Shown here in pieces: positions 50,909-62,290 of a DNA stretch of 64,000 nt (positions are counted from its first letter, which is position 1; each line of letters begins with the position of its first letter). The notes under the pieces are model-generated. The model searched no databases. It saw only the letters and a program-made list of their open reading frames with translations, and was not told the DNA's origin. Location of the stretch: the NCBI GenBank assembly GCA_010909165.1, contig MU008167.1, forward strand, positions 1,364,001 to 1,428,000. Direction: 5' to 3'. The position numbers and the translations under genes were made by a program. Origin of the DNA: Anthoceros angustus (taxonomy: Eukaryota > Plantae > Anthocerotophyta).

Positions 50909-53900
50909 ATGCTTCGGCAGATCATGGCTGCTAGGCGTATTACACTTCATTCACAAAGAGCCGTCCGTCCAAGAGAATGTCTGGCTGGGGATCCCTTGTG
51001 GCGACAGTCTTTTTTGGACCATACTCTCTGGTCGGATATACTGCAACGTAAAATGCAGATGGGACCTGGTGCCTCTGCATCCAACTGGAGCTTGCAGGTT
51101 GATATCGATCCTGAGCCTGGCGGGCCTGCAGAGTATGAGAAGGAGGTAACTGGTGACACTGTGAGTCAACTATGTCAGGAGGGGCGGCTCACTGAGGCCG
51201 TTGAGGCCCTGGGAGTTCTGGTGCAGAAGGATTGCCGTGTTGGGCAATCCGTGTTTTATGCCGTGCTGAAAAAGTGTGTGGTACAGAGGGACCTGGTTCT
51301 AGGTCGCCGTGTACATGGTTTGGCCGTGGAGAAGGGGTATGAGTCGGACACGTTCTTGTGCAACCATGTGATTCGGATGTATTCTTCTCATGGCAGGTTG
51401 CAAGAAGCGATGGATGTGTTTACCGTTGTTGCCAACCCTGATGCCTTTATGTGGTCTTCAATAATGTCTGCACATGTCAACCACGGGCAGGCTAAGCAGG
51501 GCATACAACTGTATCACCGGATGTGCAGGTCAGGTGTGAAGCCAGATGGGCATGTATTCGTGGCAGCCCTGCAGGCTTGTGCAAGGGGAGCAGACTTAAA
51601 AACTGGGCAGCAGGTGCATGCTGATGTGTTGGCCAGTGGGGTTGAGCCTCATTTGTTTGTATGTAATTCCTTGTTGGACATGTATGCAAAGTGTAACAGC
51701 TTGAAAGATGCTCAAAGAGTGTTTGATGGACTTCGTCAGAAGGATGTGGTGACTTGGAATACCATGATAGCTGGTTATTCCCAGCAGGGAATGGGGCAGG
51801 AAGCCCTTTGTCTCTACAATGCTATGCAAGAAGAAGGCATCCTGTCACCAGATTGTGTGACATTTGTGTGTCTCCTCCAGGCGTGTGCAAGTGTAGGCAC
51901 GCGAGCTTTGGATACAGGAAAGCAGCTTCATGCAGAAATTAGAGAACGGGGCCTTCAGGCTGATGTGTTTGTCGCTAGTGGTTTGGTAAACATGTATGCA
52001 ACATGTGGCAGTCTGGAGGATGCCCAAGACGTGTTTGATGGACTTAGTCAGAAAAACGTGGTCACCTGGACCAGTCTGATAGCAGGATATGCAAAGGGTG
52101 GCAGCTTGGAGGGTGCCCAGGGCGTGTTTGACAGACTTAGTGAAAAAAATGTGGTGACATGGAATGCTATGATAGCCGGATATACCCAGCAGGGAATGGG
52201 ACAGGAAGCACTTCGTCTTTACAGTACTATGCTAGAAGAAGGTGCTGTTGCACCGGATGCGGTGACGTTTGTGTGCCTCTTGCAGGCATGTGCAAGTGTG
52301 GGCACTGCAGCTTTGGAGACGGGGAAGGAGCTTGCTGCCCAGATTCGAGGAGGAGGGCTTCAGGCGGATGTTTTTGTAGCCAACAGTCTGGTGAACATGT
52401 ATGCAAAGTGTGGTAGCCTCCAAGATGCTCAGGGCGTGTTTGACACTATCAGTCAGAAAAATGTGGTGACGTGGAACACCATGATAGCAGGATGCTCGCA
52501 GCATGGCATGGGGCAGGAGGCCCTAAATCTTTACAGGGCAATGCAAGAAGAAGGTATTGTTGGACCCAATGCAGTGACATTTGGGTGCCTCCTGCAGGCG
52601 TGTGCTAGTATAGGCAGCTCAGCTTTCGAGATGGGGAAACAGCTTCATGCACAAATCGGACAACAAGGACTTCAGACTGATGTATTAGTGGCCAGCAGTT
52701 TGGTGCACATGTATGCAAAGTGTGGCAGCTTGGGAGAGGCTCAGGGTGTCTTTGACGGACTTGTAGAAAAGGATGTGGTGACGTGGAACGCATTGATTGC
52801 AGGATATTCCCAGAAGGGCCTGGGACAGGCATCCCTTCTCCTTTACAAGTCTATGAAACAGGACCCTGGTGTTGATCCAGATTCTGTGACATTTGTGTGC
52901 CTCCTGCAGGCATGTGCAAGTTTGGGCACCCCGGCTTTGGATAGGGGAAAGCAGCTTCATGAAGAGATAAGTGAATGGGGACACGAAGCTGACGTGTTTG
53001 TAGGCAACAGTCTGGTAAACATGTATGCAAAGTGCGGCAGCTTGGAAGATGCTAAGCAAGTGTTTGAAAAACTTGGTCGAAAAGATGTGGTGTCGTGGAC
53101 ATCTCTGATAGCAGGATATTCCCACCAGGGCAGGGGTCAGGAAGCTCTTCAACTCCACAGGGCTATGCAAGAAGAAGGCATCGTTGTACCAGATTCTGTG
53201 ACATTTGTGTCTCTCCTGCAGGCATGTGCAAGTGTGGGCACCCCAGCGTTGGCCAAGGGGAAAGAGCTTCATGCACAGATTATAGGACAAGGACTTCATG
53301 TTAATGTTGCAGTTGGTTGTGGCCTGGTGAACATGTATGCAAAGTGTGGTAGCCTGGAGGATGCACTGGGTGTGTTTGATGGACTATGTGAAAAAAACTT
53401 GGTGACTTGGAATGCCATGATAGCGGGGTATTCCCAGCAGGGCATGGGGAAGGAAGCCCTTTGTCTATACGAGGCTATGCAACAAGAAGGCCTGATTGCA
53501 CCCGACCCTGTGACATATGTGTCCCTTTTGCAGGCATGTGCAAGTGTAGGCAGCCCAGCTTTGGAGAAGGGGAAGCAGCTTCATGCACAAACAATAGAAC
53601 AAGGGCTCCAAGCTGACGTGTTTATAGCTAGTAGTTTGGTAAACATGTACGCAAAGTGTGGCAGCTTAGAAGACGCCCAAAGAGTTTTTGGTGGACTTGG
53701 TGAGAAGGATGTGGTGACATGGAATGCCATGATAGCAGGATATTCCCAGCAAGGAATGGGACAAGAAGCTCTTCGACTTTACAGTGTTATGCAAGAGGAA
53801 GGTATGGTTGCACCGGATGCAGTGACATTTGTATGCCTCCTTCAGGCGTGTGCAAACGTGGCAGCTTTGGATCTCGGAAGGCAGCTTCATGCCCAGATTG

Positions 53901-54967
53901 AAGAAGGCGGGCTTCAAGCTAATGTGCATGTAGCCTGTAGTTTGATTAACATGTATGGAAAGTCTGGGAGCATGGTTGATGCACAGAGGGTGTTTGAGGC
54001 ATTGCCCAGAAGAGATGATGTGGCCTGGAACACACTGATTGCGGGCTACACCCGTCAAGGAGACAGCGAACTGGTTTTTGATTTGTTTCGCAGAATGAGA
54101 GAGGATGGCATTCAGCCAGCCGGCATCACATTCCTCAGTTTACTAACGGTGTGCAGCTATGGAGGTCTAGTGAACAAAGGGCAAGAGTACTTTGAGGCTA
54201 TGCGCCAGAGCTATGACATCACTCCCACAGTGGGGCACTACACCTGCATGGTGGATCTCCTGGGTCGTGCAGGCCGACTGCATGAGTCTCTAACGTTTGT
54301 AAGGACAATGCCTGTACAGCCGGATGCTGCAGTTTGGCTCACTCTATTAAGTGCCTGTCAAAAGTGGAGCAATGTGGAGGTGGGACAGCGGGCCTTCGAT
54401 GAAGCAGTGAAGCTCGACGAGAAGGACTCTGCTGCATATGTATTGATGTCAAACATTTACACTGGTGCTCAGATGTGGGGACAGGCACAGGAGATGCAAG
54501 CAAGGAGGATAGGGATCGGGGCATGGAAGCAGCCAGGCCAGAGTTGGTGGACGGACAGGGATGGAGTAGTGCATAGTTTCCTGGTTGGGTGTACCAATCT
54601 GCCCGAGAGTGAATTCCAAAATGAGGACAGAAGCTTTTGTGCCACGTCTGAACTCGTCACAGGAAGCTTTGTTTCCTCTCCACCCACTTCAGACGACCAC
54701 TCTCATTGTGTAGGCTGTTTTCCCTTCCCTGCGCCGCTAATCCTTTCTGCATCTTACTCCGCTACTTACACAGGTCCCGCCTTTGTCTTGCTGCAATGCC
54801 TGAATCGGAATGACGTGCATCAAGCCGCTGGTTCATTGCACCCAAACCTGCTCCTTGCAGAGAATGCTGCATGCTTCCTTCCTTGCACTGGCAGCCATGC
54901 GGGGAAAAGATTCCGCCCAAAATCGCTCTGCACACGCAACCATGCCGCCGTGTCACTGCATGTCTGA
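50909..54967 (+). CDS. PLS-class pentatricopeptide repeat protein, E+ type with truncated WW-type DYW domain; organellar RNA-editing-factor family
   Basis: Uninterrupted 1352-aa ORF with an Arg-rich N-terminal targeting-like peptide. About 30 P/L/S motifs end in P2-L2-S2, followed by E1, E2 and KQPGQSWWTDRDGVVHSFLVG. No HxE/CxxC/DYW follows. Confidence 0.96.
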   Translation: MLRQIMAARRITLHSQRAVRPRECLAGDPLWRQSFLDHTLWSDILQRKMQMGPGASASNWSLQVDIDPEPGGPAEYEKEVTGDTVSQLCQEGRLTEAVEALGVLVQKDCRVGQSVFYAVLKKCVVQRDLVLGRRVHGLAVEKGYESDTFLCNHVIRMYSSHGRLQEAMDVFTVVANPDAFMWSSIMSAHVNHGQAKQGIQLYHRMCRSGVKPDGHVFVAALQACARGADLKTGQQVHADVLASGVEPHLFVCNSLLDMYAKCNSLKDAQRVFDGLRQKDVVTWNTMIAGYSQQGMGQEALCLYNAMQEEGILSPDCVTFVCLLQACASVGTRALDTGKQLHAEIRERGLQADVFVASGLVNMYATCGSLEDAQDVFDGLSQKNVVTWTSLIAGYAKGGSLEGAQGVFDRLSEKNVVTWNAMIAGYTQQGMGQEALRLYSTMLEEGAVAPDAVTFVCLLQACASVGTAALETGKELAAQIRGGGLQADVFVANSLVNMYAKCGSLQDAQGVFDTISQKNVVTWNTMIAGCSQHGMGQEALNLYRAMQEEGIVGPNAVTFGCLLQACASIGSSAFEMGKQLHAQIGQQGLQTDVLVASSLVHMYAKCGSLGEAQGVFDGLVEKDVVTWNALIAGYSQKGLGQASLLLYKSMKQDPGVDPDSVTFVCLLQACASLGTPALDRGKQLHEEISEWGHEADVFVGNSLVNMYAKCGSLEDAKQVFEKLGRKDVVSWTSLIAGYSHQGRGQEALQLHRAMQEEGIVVPDSVTFVSLLQACASVGTPALAKGKELHAQIIGQGLHVNVAVGCGLVNMYAKCGSLEDALGVFDGLCEKNLVTWNAMIAGYSQQGMGKEALCLYEAMQQEGLIAPDPVTYVSLLQACASVGSPALEKGKQLHAQTIEQGLQADVFIASSLVNMYAKCGSLEDAQRVFGGLGEKDVVTWNAMIAGYSQQGMGQEALRLYSVMQEEGMVAPDAVTFVCLLQACANVAALDLGRQLHAQIEEGGLQANVHVACSLINMYGKSGSMVDAQRVFEALPRRDDVAWNTLIAGYTRQGDSELVFDLFRRMREDGIQPAGITFLSLLTVCSYGGLVNKGQEYFEAMRQSYDITPTVGHYTCMVDLLGRAGRLHESLTFVRTMPVQPDAAVWLTLLSACQKWSNVEVGQRAFDEAVKLDEKDSAAYVLMSNIYTGAQMWGQAQEMQARRIGIGAWKQPGQSWWTDRDGVVHSFLVGCTNLPESEFQNEDRSFCATSELVTGSFVSSPPTSDDHSHCVGCFPFPAPLILSASYSATYTGPAFVLLQCLNRNDVHQAAGSLHPNLLLAENAACFLPCTGSHAGKRFRPKSLCTRNHAAVSLHV

Positions 54968-56420
54968 CCTAATGATCACGCTTGGGAAGATTGTGGGCAC
55001 AAACCTGGATGCACTTACGTTCTTCAAGCTTTATCTTGCAATCGGCCATTTCACATTGCCTGCCAGTGAACCCGATTCCCAGGAGTTAAAATTCTTGGCT
55101 CCCTTACTTCAGGCTCAAACGAATCAGGCTCCGAACACAGCCAAGATTTCAAAAACCGGCAACAAACATCTTTGCTCCCGAACCTAGCTCCTCAGGGGTT
55201 CAACTGCCGCAGGTTGAGTAGAGCAGCCTCAATGGTCATGCCGATGCTTCGGAAACTGGAGAGAGCTTCTCATCCGTTGTTACAGATGATCTCCCAGCTC
55301 CGTTAGCCTCTGGATGATTGATGGCATTCTTTTTAACAGGAAGGCCAGAAACTTGTGCATGATGCTCCAGGGATGGGTCCTTGGAAATGGCAGCAATGTA
55401 GGACTCATCCGGCACATTGAACTGTCACCAGGCCACTTTCGAGTCAGACTGAGTCCTCACCCAGAAAAAGCTGGGGCACCTCTCACAAAACTCCAAATCA
55501 GTAAGGAGACATGATACCCTGGCAGCGCATCCCCATAGGCAGGCCTTGAAGCATCTCTGTCCAACAGCAAGAAACCTTGTCACAGCAACGCCCTGGCAAG
55601 TACCTAGCAGGCTGCAACCTAACCACCGCATAGTATATGCATTAGAGCTTACCATTGACTGGCTGGGTTTTCCGGGCGACCGGTCGAAAGATGCTGAAAA
55701 ATTACTCAGCTTGCTGTCTCCGCTGATGATGGGATCCTTGTAACACGTTTCTCGGCACTCCTCTTTACCTGAACAGAGCAGCCATGAGATGCAGATTCAA
55801 CTCGGATTAGAAAGCTCAACCAGAGAGAGTCCGATTCTTACAATCGTTCCAGTTGTCTCCATCACCTTTGCACCCCTTCTTACAGTACACTCTCCCTGTG
55901 ACACCACGAGTGAGCTCAGTGAGACCAGAAGTGAAAGCAGGAACAGCCAACAGACCGTCTGAAGAAAAATGTGCAGTGAAGATCTCGGAACGAGAGCCTC
56001 AGCTCACTCACAGGGAATGTTGAGTATTTCTTCATAATGGTGATTGCAGCCTTGGTAGCAAGGATCCACAATGGAGGACAGGGCACTCTTGATACTCTCC
56101 TTCTGCGTAGTCATGCCGTCGCCTTTATCTCCACCAGCTTCACAGTGCCCACCAGCTACAGTAGCAAGTACTGGTAAAAGACAATGAAATCCTTTCGCCG
56201 TCGATGGGAAGGAAAATCTTCCCTTCCCCACCGAAAGAAACACTAGGAGTTTACGCACCAGCATAACTATCATGTATGTGTAAGGGAATTTAAGAAGATA
56301 ATATATTATAGTATTTAGAAAATTTTAAGATCGTTTAATCTATGTTCAAAAAACATTCCTTCTTGTAGTCATATTTAGTCATAAGAATTAATTCTATAAG
56401 ACAAATCTTTAAAAAGGTAT

Positions 56421-56630
56421 TGTTAAGGTGTATCTAACTTTAAGCGTCAACTATGTATCCTGACCTACAGACACATGCATGGCAGAGAGGCAGGCAATTC
56501 AGGGCAGCCAGATATATTGGAATCATCAAAACACCAGGTCTACTCAAACTTGTGCCTGCTGGGGGTGCCATTGTTAAGGTGTATCTGACTTTAAGCGTCA
56601 ACTATGTATCCGGACCTACAGACACATGCA
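56421..56630. repeat. Pair of 59-bp direct repeats separated by about 90 bp
   Basis: tgttaaggtgtatct(a/g)actttaagcgtcaactatgtatcc(t/g)gacctacagacacatgca at 56421-56479 and 56572-56630. Confidence 0.85.
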
Positions 56631-58439
56631 TGGGAAGGTAAGGTTATTAGACCGTATTCTTGCTCGTGACAAGATTGTGCCAACATCGACAGGTCACCCT
56701 TCGACTATCGATATGGTGAGTTGAACCCAGCGAAGGCCGCAATGAACCCGATCAAGTAGGCATACGCATACATCAAGGGTGATAGGGTGAGGTCACTGCA
56801 AGAGGATCTATCTCGAATTCACGACCACGGTCCACTCAACAGATTACACACAAATGGTTAGATGCCTCCTCAGTCCTTCGTGTCCTTCATACACTTTTCT
56901 GCACAAGCAATCAAGGTCACAGTGCGAGAGTTCAAGAGAGCGTGGCTCCAACGTCAGTAAGGGGAGAGATCCTCTTAAGCATGGGCACAGGGATACAGGC
57001 TCTCAGCCTGTTCTTGTTGTACTTGCCCCCGAGCAGGAAAATGGAATACAATTTTATAGGATGTCCAAGGCATCTTTTCCTGCGCTTTAACTACAGTGAC
57101 AGTCTTGTAAGTTGTGGCCACTCACGTTTTCCCATAGCCAGTCCCTATAGCTCCTGGATGCCCGCTCTCATGTCCACAATACTCATGCTGGCTCTTTCTT
57201 GACAAAAGCACAATCTAATCTTCCTCCTAACAGTACATAAACTTAATATCTCTTTGTCAACCTCAAAACCAACATTATATGATCATATTTAGTTATGTTG
57301 CAATTAGCTAATTTTTTATAATAAAGAGAGATGGATGATCCTATTTGCCATGTGTAATATAGAAGAATACTGCCCACTTCAAGGACTACTTGGTGGAAGA
57401 GTATTGGGATGGGACTGAGATGAAACTAAAAGATTGGATGAGACTGAAAGATGTTAACATCTGTATACCTATATGGTAACATCTTTTGTAACTCGTTTCA
57501 AACTTCAATTGTCTTTCACCCAAAAATTGGTGGCATTTGGTCTTGTGATATACGAAGACATAACAGTATAGACAATGTAGGCTTATGAATGATCAATTGC
57601 AGGGGCATCGAAAACTGTGTAGATGTATAGATGATAAATTGCTAGGTTTTGCCAATCAAGTCGAAAAACTCACTGTGAAGTTGTAAGAGCAGGGATTGAA
57701 GAATGAGGCTTTCACCCGAAAAGTTATGGCAAAAGATTTGGAACAGGCTTTACCAACCTATGTGGAGAAATTCATGGGTCACAAATTTACGGAGATTATG
57801 GTCCCCACGCTTCCAAAGAAGCTAATTTTGAAACTTCAGTCCGAGCTTTGAACTTATGAATTTCCAAGCTGATATGTCTTGGTTATGATATAGAAGATCC
57901 GCTTGCTGCTACAATTGAGTTTTTCAGTCGGTTGCGGCTGGAGGTGATAATTTCACCTGCCTTTTGGCTTGGAAAGGATCTTGGCTGGGAACGCACATTG
58001 AATATGACTTTTCGTTCCTTGGATGATCGGCTTAATGCGTTAAAGACAAGGACTACTTCGCGGGACACAAGTTTGTACGTTAATGGAATCTTACACCATT
58101 GCAATGACAACATAAGAAGAAGAAATTACTTGCTTTTAAGGCTACTCATGCTATGGGTCAAGTGGAATTTTTCCGTAGAAATTAGTTGATTTTTTTTAAT
58201 TCTCATCCTCAAACTTTTTCTAATACAGTTGATTGATTGATTTGGTTGCGCTTCTCTTTGCATTACTTCCTTGCCACTGTTTCTCTCATTGGTTCCGACG
58301 TACATATATGCATGCCTTGTTTTATCACTTTTCAGCCTTTCAATTGCACTTTTCTTGTCTCATGGTGGTCCTCCACCCTTAATGCACATAAATATCATTG
58401 TTGTTGTTGATATGAATCTTATCTAGGTGCCAAAGGTAG

Positions 58440-59620
58440 TGAGTTCAACTCTCGCAATGCCCCTTAACAATACAGGCTATTGTGGTTCTTAAACCTTATT
58501 AGGAATGTTGAATTTTTGCCTTCTAAGAATGTTGAGCCCCTACCATGGCTGTTAAACCTTACCTGGAATGTTGAACTTTTGCCCCCTAGAAATGTTGAGG
58601 CCCTTCTATGGCTATGAAACCTTGCTAGGAATGTTGAACTTTTGTCTTCTAGCAATGTTGAGCCCCTACTATGGTTTGTAAAACCTTGCTAGGAATGTTG
58701 AACTTTTGCCTTCAAGAAATGTTGAACTCTCGCAAGTAATATTCTTTTTCCTTCAAGGAATGTTGAACTCTCACAAGAAATGTACTTTTGCCTTCTAGGG
58801 ATGTTGCGCTCCTACTATGGCTGTTAAACCTTGCTAGAATTGCCGAACTTTTGCCTTCAAGGAATGTTGAACTATCGCAAGGAATGTTAACCTCTTGTTT
58901 TATAGGAATGTTGAACTCTAGTTGTGTCCCTGCTAAGAATGAAATATTCATTTACTAAATATTTTTGTATAATTGTTGCTAAGAATGTTGAACTTTTACC
59001 TTCCAAAATTGTTGAACTCTCGCAACGCCCTTGCTAGGAATGAAATATTTATGTACAAACAATTTATTTTAGCTTTAAACTAATCCATGCATGGTAGGAA
59101 TAGAATATTCATGTACACAATTCTTTATTTTAGCTTTAACTTAATTCTCACAATGGCCCAGCTAGGAATGAATGCTCATGTACAAAATACTTTACTTCAG
59201 CTTAAAACTAATTCTCACTATACCATGATAGGAATAAAATATTCATGTACTAAGTAAGCACTTTGTTTCTCTTTAAACTAATCCGCGCCCCTGTTAAGAA
59301 TGAAATATTCATGCAAAACAATTTAGTTTAGCTTTCAACCAATTCTCGCTATGCTCATAAAAGAAAAATGTTCATGTACAAAACACACAGTTTAGCTTTA
59401 AACTTATTCTCGCAAAGCCCTTATTTTGATAATACCCCTTATGATATCCATGTGCAAAATACTTTAGTTTACCTTGAAACTAGTGTTTCAGAATGCCCCT
59501 CGTATGACATTTAAAAGAGAGAAATCATTTTAGTTTAGCTTCCAACTAATCTACACAAAACTCTTTAGTTTCAGGCAATGCGCCTAGTAGGACATCTAAG
59601 AGAGACAAAGCACATTAGTT
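58440..59620. repeat. Minisatellite array of about 65-bp units with two sub-families
   Basis: 58480-58920 has units aaaccttgctaggaatgttgaacttttgccttctag.aatgttgagcccctactatggctgtt. 59030-59560 has units gctaggaatgaaatattcatgtacaaaac..ttta.tttagcttt aaactaattctcgc. Confidence 0.85.
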
Positions 59621-60293
59621 GCAAAAGTTAGCTAAGGGTTTCAAAACCTTAGCAAGTCAAATTCTTAGCAAGTCATCTAAAGAGAAACAAAGCACTTTAG
59701 TTGCAAAACAATTAAACTAGTGTCGATAAATACTTTAGTCATAAGACACTTATGTTTGGGTTTAACTTAGTAGAGAAAATTTCTTATTATATCAATTACT
59801 AGTCTAGACGCTTTCTATGAGATCAGTTACTAGATAGTTCTATCATATCCTATGTATCTACCCTATCTCAATTCCATCATATCCTGTAGATAGAAACAAT
59901 ACAATATGAACGGATGACCGTCATAAGACTCAAACTAATAGCTTTGTTCTAGTCCTATGACAATTATCCGTTTTTCAATAGACTTTAATGATAATTATGT
60001 TATAATATTCAAAAATTACAATGATTAGGTGTAAGTAAAATCTTATTAGTGATTAAAAATATTTATATTTTATTAATATAATCAATATTTATAATTAAAA
60101 TATACGTCTATTATATATATGTAAATCTATTTATTTGCCCTCCAGAGGGTTGTTCCCCTCCTTTGTCTTGGGGTAGCTGGGATTTCCCATCTTTTTTTTA
60201 ATATAAAGTCTCCACATTTCATTTTATATATCTAAAGTGCAATTGTGCCCTCTACTGTTATGAGAAAACAACGTGACACCTTGGCTGCCAGAA

Positions 60294-60637
60294 CGTTGCT
60301 CATCGACAACCGTTGATCTTTCTCTTATATTAGGGCGTGTCTTTGTTGAGTTTTTTTTATTAGTATTTTGTTATCACGAAACAAAGTAAATACTTAAGTA
60401 TCTATGAAATACTTAGCGTATTGAATTTAAACAAATCCAATTGGGTACTCCCTAATAGATTTTGCGTTGCTCGTCGACAACCGTTGATCTTTCTCTTATA
60501 TTAGGGCGTGTCTTTGTTGAGTTTTTTTATTAGTATTTTGTTATCACGAAACAAAGTAAATACTTAAGTATCTATGAAATACTTAGCGTATTGAATTTAA
60601 ACAAATCCACTTAGGTACTCCCTAATAGATTTTGCGG
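60294..60637. repeat. Near-perfect tandem duplication of about 172 bp
   Basis: cgttgctc(a/g)tcgacaaccgttgatc...ggtactccctaatagattttgcg occurs twice. Confidence 0.9.
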
Positions 60638-61257
60638 ATCTGCAATCCGCGGTGGCGCAATGCGTCTCCTCTACTTCACAACCACTATGTGACCAGGGCG
60701 ACCCCGGTTTGTCTTCATTGCCCACCCTCCTCCTTTCTGTTGTGCACCACGGCCTTGTTTGCCGACGTTGTTCTTGCCACGCTATACCCATAGTGGTAAC
60801 AGTGCTAGTAGATTTTGATCCGGTTGGTGGAAGAATATTGCAGAAAGAATAGTTGCTGGAAGTGAAGGAAGCCATGAATTTGCAACGCTAGACAATTCAA
60901 GATAACATACTCGACGCTGCAGCTTGCGGGTTCCGGGCCCGAGTGTCGACCTCTCAAGCAATGGCTAGGCGGTGTCAACTCACAAGCCGGAGATTCAGAT
61001 TGCGCGGGAAGTGTGTGGGAGTCGAAAGCCTCCACCAAGTCTAGTGAGGCAACCGAAAGCAAGCTTGACAGAGTGACAAGCTCCAAGGAAGCTGGAGTCC
61101 GTCTATTCCTAGCTTGTTTAAGCGAGGTCGTAAGCTTCCAATTACTTGTTTCACCGAATTTGATCTGGTTCTTGGCCACAGAGAGTGGGAGGTGGGTAAG
61201 GGGCAACAACGCTAGCACATTTTGGTGGCCAAGAATTCCAAGGAAGTTTTAGTTGTC

Positions 61258-62290
61258 ATGCCTTATCGTTCTCACAAGAAACAATTTCTTCTAGATCTGA
61301 AAAAGGCAAGGGCATTTGCAGGCATGTTGAACAACACCTTTGATAAAAAGGACTCATCAAATTCACAGGAAGAAGGTCTTGCTGAATTGTACATGCTTAC
61401 TCAAGCTTCAAGGTTTGTGAATATAAAGGCCAAGAGACATCAGCCTATATACTATTGATCGCCCACTCTATCTAACGTGCATCCACATGAGTTTAGGCAG
61501 CTACTTCGTACTTCATACAGGGGATTCCCACCACTCTCCGATATTCTATGTCACAATCAAGTGTTCTTCAACAACTCCAATTGTTCCCAAAGTCAAGTTG
61601 CTTGGTAGCTAGCAGTGACATTACACAAGCTAGGTGCTGCAAGCAATGCGGCAAGCATTAGTAAGATATGCCAACTCTTCCATGTAGGCCACGATATTGT
61701 TGTTGAGTGGACCAAAAGAGTAATCACGGTATTGCTGGACCTGAGAGATGAGTTAATATTGTGGCCAAATTCAAGGAGGAGATCCGAGCTTAGGGTAGTC
61801 ATGAGTGGAGAAGACTTTGAAGGATGCATTGGCCTCATTGATGGAACAACGTTGCCTCTTTCACGTGTCACAGGCCTAACATGGTTGGTGATCAATATTT
61901 TAATCGAAAACGGAGACCTAACATGGTTGGTGATCAATATTTTAATCGAAAACGGAGATATTCACTGTAAGCACGCTCTGACGTAACCCTAGCAAGAATG
62001 TCTCTGGTCCTCAGCCGATATAGGTTGTGTGTGATGTCGACAAGCGCATTATATCTCTGAATTTTGCGCATTATATCTCTGAATTTTGGATGTCCTAGAT
62101 CTAATCATGATGCTTATGCATATCAAAGAATGCGTGTCTAGAAGAATTGTGCCTCACACTTAAGTACAGTAATTTTGGGTGATTCAGCATATTCTTTATC
62201 ACAGTTTAAATTCCAGCTTGTAGAGCTCTAGCATGTCAAGAGAATGTAGAGTTCAACTACTACGGTCAAGTCTGGATGGGGTTCTTTGAA
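61258..62290 (+). pseudogene. PIF/Harbinger (HARBI1-like, DDE_Tnp_4) transposase pseudogene
   Basis: EFRQLLRTS...LAVTLHKLG...ICQLFHVG...WPN...FEGCIGLIDGTTLPL, then YFNRKRRYSL, CDVDKRI, SNHDA and LGDSAY. Contains in-frame stops, frameshifts and small internal duplications. Confidence 0.85.

Noticed and set aside
50947-54060. Short ORFs overlapping the PPR gene
   Set aside because: These are alternative-frame shadows of the repetitive PPR coding sequence.
56650-58190. Short ORFs that might be gene or transposon remnants
   Set aside because: No recognisable motif and frequent stops, so no call can be supported.
60640-61250. Possible Myb/SANT-like second ORF of the Harbinger element
   Set aside because: The position is plausible but no Trp-spaced trihelix motif could be recognised.
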